DNA of 32,000 nt. It comes from Candidatus Pelagibacter ubique HTCC1062. Its GTDB lineage: Bacteria; Pseudomonadota; Alphaproteobacteria; Pelagibacterales; Pelagibacteraceae. The number at the start of each line of letters is the position of its first letter. The stretch's first letter is position 1. The stretch lies in contig NC_007205.1 in NCBI RefSeq assembly GCF_000012345.1, positions 1,080,001 through 1,112,000 on the forward strand, given 5' to 3'. The notes beneath the pieces are model-generated. The model ran no database searches and was not told the origin of the DNA. It saw only the letters and a list, made by a program, of their open reading frames with translations. The translations under genes were made by a program, and so were the position numbers. Positions 25,201-32,000 of the stretch are shown here, piece after piece.

Positions 25201-27021
25201 TTATTCAACTGTGACTGATTTTGCTAAATTTCTAGGTTTATCAATGTCATACCCTTTTTTGAGAGCTGAATAATATGCTAATTTTTGCAGTGGAACAGTT
25301 AATAAAAAAGGCAACAAGTCATCATTGGCACTTTCAACTAATACAGTTTCCCAAATATTTTCTGAAAAAACTTCGTCTTTGCTCTTGTTAGTGATCAATA
25401 AAACTTTAGCCCCTCTTGCTATTACTTCCTGCATATTAGAAATAGTTTTTTTATAATAATTATCTCTTGGAGCTAAGACAACAACTGGCATTCCATCTTC
25501 AATTAAAGCTAAAGGCCCATGTTTCATCTCACCTGCAGGGTACCCTTCAGCATGAACGTAAGCTAATTCCTTTAATTTTAACGCCCCTTCTAATGCAATT
25601 GGGTAAGAAAAACCTCTCCCTAAAAACATCGAACCTTTTGCATCAGTAAATGAACTTGAAACTGTCTGGATTTTACTCTCTGTAAGTAAAGTTTGCTCAA
25701 CTAACTTAGGTAATAACTTTAAGTCTTTAATTTTGTTTAAATATAAATCTTTATCCAAGTCTTTTCTTAAAATTCCTAATTTTAATACTAAAATATATAA
25801 AACCAACATTTGACCCATAAAAGCTTTTGTGGATGCAACACCAATTTCTTGCCCACAATGAATGGGTAAAACAAAGTTAGAGTCCCTTGCAATAGAGCTT
25901 TCTATAACATTAACTACACTGCAAGTTTTCATGTTATTTTTATTACATAAATCTAGGGCCGCATAAGTATCTGCTGTTTCACCAGACTGAGAAACAAAAA
26001 TATATAAATTATCATCTTTAAATCTATTTTTTCGGTATCTAAACTCAGATGCAATATCAATTGTTACTTCAAGTGTAGTATTTTCTTCAAACCAATACTT
26101 TGCCATTAAACAAGAGTGATAAGCTGTACCACAACCAATTAAAGTAACTGAAGAAATTTCTTTAATATTCCAGGGAAAATTGTAGATGTTGATGTCGTTG
26201 TTAATCTTATCTACATACTCGTTTATACAGTTCTTTAATGTTGTAGGCTGTTCTTCAATCTCTTTTGCCATAAAGTGTTTAAAATCACCTTTGTCATAAT
26301 CCTGTTCTTTTGAAGATAATTCTAAAACTTTTTTATTAACCTTTAAGCCTTCTTCATCAAAAAACTCAACTTGGTCTTTTTTTATAATGCAAAACTCTCC
26401 ATCATTTAAATATGAAATTTTATTAGTCATAGACTTTAAAGCGTAAGAGTCTGAACCTAAATAATTTTCATTAGGACCATAACCAACTGCAAGTGGAGAC
26501 CCTCTTCTAGCACCCACTATAAGATTTGGTTGATCTTTAAAAATTATACCTAAAGCAAAACTTCCATGTAATTGTTTAAGGGTTTTAATAATTGCCTCTT
26601 TTAAATTTAGTTCTTTTAAATACTCTGTTATTAAATGTACAATTACCTCAGTATCTGTTTGAGATTTAAATACATGACCCTTGTTTATTAAATACTTTTT
26701 TAAAAGTGTAGAATTTTCAATAATCCCATTATGTACAACCGATACACTCTCTGAAGAATGAGGATGTGCATTAATAGTATTTGGAATACCGTGCGTTGCC
26801 CATCTAACATGCCCAATTCCAATGGGGCCTGACATATTCTTAACAGCAAGGTTTTTTTCTAAAATATCAACTCTACCTTCTGATTTTGCTTCACTTACAA
26901 TTCCATTTGATAATGTGGCAATTCCTGCAGAGTCGTATCCTCTATATTCTAATTTTCTAAGAGAATTAATAATTGTAGATGAAACCGGTTTATTACTAGC
27001 TATACCTATTATTCCACACAT
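25201..27021 (-). CDS. glmS: glutamine--fructose-6-phosphate aminotransferase
   Basis: 606 aa with an N-terminal MCGI(I)G Ntn amidotransferase, two SIS domains and the C-terminal KPRNLAKSVTVE. Confidence 0.98.
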   Translation of the reverse strand: MCGIIGIASNKPVSSTIINSLRKLEYRGYDSAGIATLSNGIVSEAKSEGRVDILEKNLAVKNMSGPIGIGHVRWATHGIPNTINAHPHSSESVSVVHNGIIENSTLLKKYLINKGHVFKSQTDTEVIVHLITEYLKELNLKEAIIKTLKQLHGSFALGIIFKDQPNLIVGARRGSPLAVGYGPNENYLGSDSYALKSMTNKISYLNDGEFCIIKKDQVEFFDEEGLKVNKKVLELSSKEQDYDKGDFKHFMAKEIEEQPTTLKNCINEYVDKINNDINIYNFPWNIKEISSVTLIGCGTAYHSCLMAKYWFEENTTLEVTIDIASEFRYRKNRFKDDNLYIFVSQSGETADTYAALDLCNKNNMKTCSVVNVIESSIARDSNFVLPIHCGQEIGVASTKAFMGQMLVLYILVLKLGILRKDLDKDLYLNKIKDLKLLPKLVEQTLLTESKIQTVSSSFTDAKGSMFLGRGFSYPIALEGALKLKELAYVHAEGYPAGEMKHGPLALIEDGMPVVVLAPRDNYYKKTISNMQEVIARGAKVLLITNKSKDEVFSENIWETVLVESANDDLLPFLLTVPLQKLAYYSALKKGYDIDKPRNLAKSVTVE

Positions 27022-27022
27022 T

Positions 27023-27646
27023 TTATTTTGTTCTTCTTTTGTAGTTTTTAACTTCTGTTTGAGCGCTTCTAGTTAAAGCTAATGAATTTTTTTTAACTTT
27101 CTTTGTAATAACTGATCCTGCCCCAACAATACTATTTTTTTCAAGAGTAATTGGTGCAACTAATGATGAGTTAGAACCTATAAATACATTGTCTTTAATT
27201 TTTGTTTTACTTTTTTTAACACCATCATAATTGCAAGTAATTGTACCAGCTCCAACATTAACACCTTTACCCAATTCACTATCTCCAACGTACGATAAAT
27301 GATTTATTTTTGATTTTTTTCCAACTGTACTTTTCTTAACTTCTACAAAATTTCCAATTTTTGATCCTTCTTCAAGAATAGTTCCTGGTCTTAATCGTGC
27401 ATAAGGTCCAACTTCAACTTTATTTTTTATTTTACAATCTTCTAAATGTGAAAATGAATTGATAGTTACATTATTTCCAATTTTAACTTTTGGCCCAATG
27501 ACAACATATGGATTAATAGTAACGTTTTTTCCAACCTTTGTATCTTTTGAAAAAAAAATAGTTTCAGGACCAATCATTTTTACTCCAGACTTTATAAAAA
27601 ATTTACGAAGTTTTTCTTGTTCAGTATTAGAATTTATTTGTTTCAT
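27023..27646 (-). CDS. glmU: stand-alone left-handed beta-helix acetyltransferase equivalent to the C-terminal (GlcN-1-P N-acetyltransferase) half of GlmU
   Basis: 207 aa with hexapeptide repeats. The block GPYARLRPGT..EEGSKIGNFVEVKKS..G..SK..HLSYVGD...G..VNVGAGTITCNYDG..K.KT.I.D.VFIGSNS.LVAP parallels the E. coli GlmU C-terminal half as I recall it. It is 1 nt upstream of glmS. No N-terminal nucleotidyltransferase domain is present. Confidence 0.8.
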   Translation of the reverse strand: MKQINSNTEQEKLRKFFIKSGVKMIGPETIFFSKDTKVGKNVTINPYVVIGPKVKIGNNVTINSFSHLEDCKIKNKVEVGPYARLRPGTILEEGSKIGNFVEVKKSTVGKKSKINHLSYVGDSELGKGVNVGAGTITCNYDGVKKSKTKIKDNVFIGSNSSLVAPITLEKNSIVGAGSVITKKVKKNSLALTRSAQTEVKNYKRRTK

Positions 27647-27680
27647 CTGGAAATATTTTTATATTAAGTGTATAGATAGC

Positions 27681-27694
27681 TTAATTCACAATTT
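27681..27694. repeat. exact 14-nt intergenic motif TTAATTCACAATTT, copy 2 of 2 (function unknown)
   Basis: Read directly from the sequence and identical to 18567-18580. It lies in the divergent glmU/gph spacer, 34 nt from the glmU ATG and 22 nt from the gph ATG. Confidence 0.8.
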
Positions 27695-27716
27695 ATTTCT
27701 TAAAAATACTTTATTA

Positions 27717-28406
27717 ATGACTCAAAAATACTCAATATTATTTGACCTAGATGGAACATTAGTCGATACCGCACCTGATTTAATGAATGCTCATAATCAT
27801 GTAATGAGAAAATATGGTTATCCTACCAAATCTACTGCTGACATTAGAAATTTAGTAGGTCAAGGCGCTGGAGCAATGATTGGTAGATCTATATGGGGAC
27901 AAGCAAAAAAAGAGTTTGGTAAAATTGATGATCAAAAAATTAAAGCTGAAATGGTAAAAGATTTTGTTAATTTTTATGGAAAAAATATTATTAAAGAAAG
28001 CACACTTATTAATGGGGTAAAAGAATTTCTAAAATGGTGTAAAGAAAAAGAAATTTCAATGGCAGTTTGTACCAATAAACAAGAACACTTAGCAATTGAT
28101 CTTTTAAAAAAGATTGGAATTTATGATTACTTTGAGTACGTTGCTGGTTCAGATACGTTTGATTATTGCAAACCCGATCCTAGACACATAACAAGTATAA
28201 TTGAAATCATCGGGGGTGATATAAAAAAATCTCTAATGTTTGGGGATAGTGAAACTGATGCAAATGCAGCAAAGGCTGCCTCTGTTCCTGTTATTTTATT
28301 AGAAAATGGTTATACGGAAAAAAATTCTAATGAAATTTACCATAATCATTTAATAAAAGACTTTATTGGTGTTGAAAAAATAGTTTCAACTTACTTAAAA
28401 GATTGA
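27717..28406 (+). CDS. gph: HAD-superfamily phosphoglycolate phosphatase-like hydrolase
   Basis: The track ORF begins at 27459, but its first 86 codons are antisense to glmU plus spacer. The HAD motif I (FDLDGTLVD) follows directly after the in-frame ATG at 27717 (MTQKYSILFDLDGTLVDTAPDL). The GDSETD motif is near the C-terminus. Confidence 0.8.
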   Translation: MTQKYSILFDLDGTLVDTAPDLMNAHNHVMRKYGYPTKSTADIRNLVGQGAGAMIGRSIWGQAKKEFGKIDDQKIKAEMVKDFVNFYGKNIIKESTLINGVKEFLKWCKEKEISMAVCTNKQEHLAIDLLKKIGIYDYFEYVAGSDTFDYCKPDPRHITSIIEIIGGDIKKSLMFGDSETDANAAKAASVPVILLENGYTEKNSNEIYHNHLIKDFIGVEKIVSTYLKD

Positions 28407-28430
28407 TTTAATTTTTTTTCTTACTATTAA
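28403..28430 (+). promoter_or_regulatory. candidate promoter for prpDBC
   Basis: TTGATT (28403-28408, overlapping the gph stop codon), a 16-nt spacer, then TATTAA (28425-28430). Hexamer match only, in AT-rich sequence. Confidence 0.3.
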
Positions 28431-28445
28431 TAGGTTTGCACAATT

Positions 28446-28452
28446 AAGGAGG
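28446..28452 (+). promoter_or_regulatory. Shine-Dalgarno sequence of prpD
   Basis: AAGGAGG lies 4 nt before the ATG at 28457. It is the strongest anti-SD complement I saw upstream of any gene in this window. Confidence 0.6.
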
Positions 28453-28456
28453 CCTA

Positions 28457-29959
28457 ATGATTTCACATAGAGTTAAAGTTTACCCATCAAAAATTGATTT
28501 ACCTAAAAAAAATCAATTAGCATGGAAAATTGCTGAAATTGCTTCTGATAATGCAAAGTTAGATAAGGCAGCCATTGAGATGGTTATTAATAGAATAATT
28601 GATAATGCTTCAGTTGCCATTGCTTCTTTAAATAGAAAAGCGGTTATCTCTTCTAGAGAAATGGCCTTAAAGCATCCTAGAAAAAATGGTGCAAATTTAT
28701 TTGGTATTGATTCAAAATTAAAATTTGATTGTGAGTGGGCTGCTTGGTCAAATGGAACAGCTGTTAGAGAGCTTGATTTTCATGATACTTTTTTAGCAGA
28801 AGATTACAGTCATCCTGGAGATAACATTCCACCCATTTTAAGTGTAGCTCAACAAACTAAAAAAAGTGGACTAGATTTGTTAAGAGGAATTATTACAGGT
28901 TATGAGGTTCAAGTTAATTTAGTTAAAGGAATTTGTTTGCATAAACATAAAATAGATCACATAGCACACTTAGGACCAAGTGTTGCGGCAGGTTTGGGTA
29001 CAATGTTAAAGCTAAACACTGAAACAATTTATCAAGCAGTTCAACAAGCTCTACATACAACAGTTTCGACAAGACAATCTAGAAAAGGTGAAATCTCTAG
29101 TTGGAAAGCTTACGCCCCTGCTCATGCTGGTAAACTTGCAATTGAAGCAGTTGATAGAGCAATGCGTGGTGAAGGTGCGCCAAGTCCTATTTATGAAGGA
29201 GAAGACAGTGTTATAGCTAGAATATTAGATGGTAAGAAAGCTTTATACAATGTGCCCCTTCCTAAGAAAAAAGAATCTAAGAAAGCGATACTTGAGACCT
29301 ATACAAAAGAATATTCAGCTGAATACCAGTCTCAAGCACTAATAGATATTGCTAAAAAACTTAATAAGAAAATTCCTAATTTAAATCAAATTAAAAAAAT
29401 TGATATTTACACAAGTCATCACACTCATTACGTAATTGGAACTGGTGCAAATGATCCACAAAAAATGGATCCAAATGCAAGTAGAGAAACACTTGATCAC
29501 TCTATTATGTACATCTTTGCAGTAGCACTTGAAGATGCTGATTGGCACCATGTTAAATCATATACCAAACAAAGAGCTAATAGAAAAAGCACTATAAAAA
29601 TTTGGAAATCAATTACGACGTTTGAAGATAAAAAATGGACTAAAAAATATCACGATCCTAATCCAAAAAATAAATCATTTGGTGCAAGAGTTGTAGTTAC
29701 TTTAAATAATGGTAAAAAAATTACAGAACAATTAGATAGAGCAGATGCTCATCCATATGGAGCACGTCCGTTTAAAAGACAAAATTATATAAATAAGTTT
29801 TTAACGTTAACAGACGGTATCTTAGATAAAAAAGAGAGTGCACGTTTCTTAAAAGTTGTTCAAAATCTTAAAAACCTGAAAGCTGGAGAGTTAAATAAAT
29901 TAAACATCCAGGTTAAAAGAAGTCAGATAAAGAAAAATACGAAACAAGGAATTTTTTAA
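28457..29959 (+). CDS. prpD: 2-methylcitrate dehydratase (MmgE/PrpD family)
   Basis: 500 aa with a PrpD-family pattern ([25 protein letters not shown]) and operon context with prpB and prpC. Confidence 0.85.
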   Translation: MISHRVKVYPSKIDLPKKNQLAWKIAEIASDNAKLDKAAIEMVINRIIDNASVAIASLNRKAVISSREMALKHPRKNGANLFGIDSKLKFDCEWAAWSNGTAVRELDFHDTFLAEDYSHPGDNIPPILSVAQQTKKSGLDLLRGIITGYEVQVNLVKGICLHKHKIDHIAHLGPSVAAGLGTMLKLNTETIYQAVQQALHTTVSTRQSRKGEISSWKAYAPAHAGKLAIEAVDRAMRGEGAPSPIYEGEDSVIARILDGKKALYNVPLPKKKESKKAILETYTKEYSAEYQSQALIDIAKKLNKKIPNLNQIKKIDIYTSHHTHYVIGTGANDPQKMDPNASRETLDHSIMYIFAVALEDADWHHVKSYTKQRANRKSTIKIWKSITTFEDKKWTKKYHDPNPKNKSFGARVVVTLNNGKKITEQLDRADAHPYGARPFKRQNYINKFLTLTDGILDKKESARFLKVVQNLKNLKAGELNKLNIQVKRSQIKKNTKQGIF

Positions 29960-30855
29960 TGCATTTTGTAGAAAAAGAGCCCAGTCAAAAAAGAGCTGAC
30001 TTTGTTAGTAAACTAAAATCAAATAAAATTTTAAGAGTGCCAGGAGCTTATAACCCACTAACAGCAAAACTAATTGAAGAAATTGGGTATGACGCAGTTT
30101 ATGTATCAGGTGGAGTTATGGCTAATGATTTAGGTTTTCCAGATATAGGTTTAACTACGCTTCAAGATGTTAGTACTAGATCTTATTTAATATCTAGAGT
30201 TACAAGTTTACCTACCATCGTTGATATCGACACTGGCTTTAAGTCTTGTGAAGAAACTATTAAAACTTTTGAAGAATTTGGGGTGTCAGCAGTTCACTTA
30301 GAAGATCAAGTAGAACGAAAAAGATGTGGTCACTTAGATAACAAAGAATTAATTTCAACTGAAGCAATGGTTAAGAAAATTAAAGAATGTGTAGCCGCAA
30401 AACAAGATGAAAATTTTAAAATTATAGCAAGATCTGATGCTAAAGGAGTTGAGGGAATAGATAAGATGATTGATAGATGTAAGGCATATATTGATGCTGG
30501 AGCTGAAATTATTTTCCCAGAAGCTTTACAGGATGAAAAAGATTTTGAAAAAGTTAGAAAAGAATTATCATGTTACTTACTGGCTAATATGACAGAATTT
30601 GGAAAATCTAAGTTATTCAATTACAAAGAGTTAGAAAATTTTGGGTATAATATTGTGATTTATCCAGTAACCACACAAAGATTGGCTATGAAAAATGTAG
30701 AAGATGGTCTTAGAGACATTTTTGTGAATGGACATCAGAACAACATTATTGATAAAATGCAAACTAGAAAAAGACTTTACGAGTTAGTAGAATATGAAAA
30801 GTACAATTCGTTAGATGAAAAAATTTATAACTTTAGTACGGAAGGACATGAATAA
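29959..30855 (+). CDS. prpB: 2-methylisocitrate lyase
   Basis: 298 aa in the PEP-mutase/isocitrate-lyase superfamily with the signature EDQV..KRCGH and the length typical of PrpB. Confidence 0.9.
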   Translation: MHFVEKEPSQKRADFVSKLKSNKILRVPGAYNPLTAKLIEEIGYDAVYVSGGVMANDLGFPDIGLTTLQDVSTRSYLISRVTSLPTIVDIDTGFKSCEETIKTFEEFGVSAVHLEDQVERKRCGHLDNKELISTEAMVKKIKECVAAKQDENFKIIARSDAKGVEGIDKMIDRCKAYIDAGAEIIFPEALQDEKDFEKVRKELSCYLLANMTEFGKSKLFNYKELENFGYNIVIYPVTTQRLAMKNVEDGLRDIFVNGHQNNIIDKMQTRKRLYELVEYEKYNSLDEKIYNFSTEGHE

Positions 30856-31979
30856 TGAGTGATGATATTAAAAAAGGTTTACTAGGGATAGTTGTTGATG
30901 AAACAGAAATTTCAAAAGTTATGCCAGAGATCAATTCTCTTACTTATAGAGGTTATGCAGCTCAAGATTTATGTGCAAGATGTGATTTTGAAGAAGTTGC
31001 TTACTTAATTTTAAATAAAGAATTACCTAATAAAAAACAATTAAAGGAATTTAAGAAAGAATTATCTAAAGAAATAACTTTATCTAAAAATTTATTAAGT
31101 ATTTTAAAAAAAATACCTAAAAATTCTCATCCAATGGATGTTGCGAGAACAGCTGTTAGTGTCATGGGTCTTGAAGACAAAGAAACTAAAGATAGCTCAC
31201 CAAAAGCAAATTTAAGAAAGGCGATTAGAATTCTTGCAAAAACACCTACAGCGTTAGCTGCTTTTTACAGACTTCGAAAAGGGAAAAAAATTATAGCTCC
31301 AAAGAAAAATCTTACTTTTTCTGGAAACTTTTTCCATATGTGCTTTGGAAAAGTTCCTGAAAAAGAAATTGTTAAAGCTTTTGATGTATCACTAATTTTA
31401 TACGCTGAGCATAGTTTTAACGTATCCACATTTACTGCAAGAACTATTACCAGTAGTTTATCTGACATTCATGGAGCAATCACAGGTGCGATCGCTAGTT
31501 TAAAAGGTCCTCTTCATGGTGGTGCTAATGAAGAAGTAATGCACATGATGAAGAAAATTAAAAAACCTGAGAACGCTTTAAAATGGATTACGAAGGCTCT
31601 TAAAAACAAAGATGTGGTGATGGGATTTGGTCATAGAGTTTACAAAAGTGGAGACTCAAGAGTTCCAACCATGAGAGAATACTTTAAAAGAGTAGCTATT
31701 ATTAAAAAAGATAAAACATTTGAAAAAATTTATGACATCGTTGAAAAGGTAATGATTAAAGAAAAAAATATTTATCCAAATGTTGATTACCCAACAGGAC
31801 CTACTTACCATTTAATGGGTTTTGATACTGATTTCTTTACCCCAATATTTGTAATTTCAAGAATTACAGGTTGGTCTGCACATATCATGGAGCAACATGC
31901 TGCTAATAAATTAATTAGACCACTTGCAAGTTATAAAGGTAGCAAGCACAGAAAAGTAATACAGCTTAACCAAAGATAA
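30855..31979 (+). CDS. prpC: 2-methylcitrate synthase (citrate synthase family)
   Basis: 374 aa of the short citrate synthase type, with GPLHGGANE and GFGHRVYK.GDSR. Assigned to prpC rather than gltA from the operon context. Confidence 0.78.
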   Translation: MSDDIKKGLLGIVVDETEISKVMPEINSLTYRGYAAQDLCARCDFEEVAYLILNKELPNKKQLKEFKKELSKEITLSKNLLSILKKIPKNSHPMDVARTAVSVMGLEDKETKDSSPKANLRKAIRILAKTPTALAAFYRLRKGKKIIAPKKNLTFSGNFFHMCFGKVPEKEIVKAFDVSLILYAEHSFNVSTFTARTITSSLSDIHGAITGAIASLKGPLHGGANEEVMHMMKKIKKPENALKWITKALKNKDVVMGFGHRVYKSGDSRVPTMREYFKRVAIIKKDKTFEKIYDIVEKVMIKEKNIYPNVDYPTGPTYHLMGFDTDFFTPIFVISRITGWSAHIMEQHAANKLIRPLASYKGSKHRKVIQLNQR

Positions 31980-32000
31980 TTAATTTTTTTCTATTTTAGC

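Noticed and set aside
27459-27716. 86-codon N-terminal extension of the gph ORF as given in the track.
   Set aside because: The extension is antisense to the glmU 5' end and runs through the intergenic spacer. The HAD motif I (DLDGT) follows immediately after the internal ATG at 27717, which is the normal position for this family.
1-32000. Search for CRISPR arrays, IS elements or transposases, integrases, phage genes, defence or toxin-antitoxin modules, rRNA genes, riboswitch-sized leaders and compositional islands.
   Set aside because: None was found. Every ORF above about 130 aa has a recognisable housekeeping identity. The longest spacers are about 130 nt. No tandem or long dispersed repeats were seen by eye, and composition looks uniform apart from the tRNA genes.

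Overview
This is a visibly AT-rich (about 30% G+C by eye, not computed), very gene-dense alphaproteobacterial chromosome segment. Composition, compaction and protein sequences fit a streamlined SAR11/Pelagibacterales-type genome best, but that is an inference with no database search behind it.

Content is almost entirely core housekeeping:
- **Minus strand, left side:** rpoB (partial), rplL, rplJ, rplA, rplK, nusG, secE, tRNA-Trp, tuf, tRNA-Gly, tRNA-Tyr.
- **Middle:** rlmB-like, tRNA-Thr, nadK, tRNA-Leu, a GGCT-like gene and a COG1058/CinA-N gene.
- **Plus strand array:** nine tightly packed genes, sfsA-map-purB-purC-purS-purQ-purL-bolA-grxD.
- **Minus strand run:** cfa, rpsD, trmJ-like, cimA-type synthase, cysS, nadE, class II DAHP synthase, glmS and a half-size glmU.
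- **Right end:** gph and a prpD-prpB-prpC methylcitrate operon.

I saw no mobile elements, CRISPR arrays, defence genes, toxin-antitoxin pairs, long repeats or pseudogenes, and I did not find a convincing new multi-gene system.

The points worth a second look are architectural:
- A stand-alone GlmU acetyltransferase domain sits next to glmS, with no uridyltransferase half at the locus.
- tRNA-Leu ends 4 nt before the nadK start codon.
- Several genes have upstream spacers too short for a normal Shine-Dalgarno (SD) leader: rpsD, cysS and the cinA-like/sfsA pair.
- There is no room for the classical L1/L10 leaders or the rplL-rpoB attenuator.
- Convergent genes are separated by only 4 nt.
- Nine gene junctions use the same TAATG stop/start overlap.
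- An exact 14-nt motif is shared by two of the few sizeable intergenic spacers.

All functional calls come from reading the translated ORFs and recalling family hallmarks. None was verified by search.
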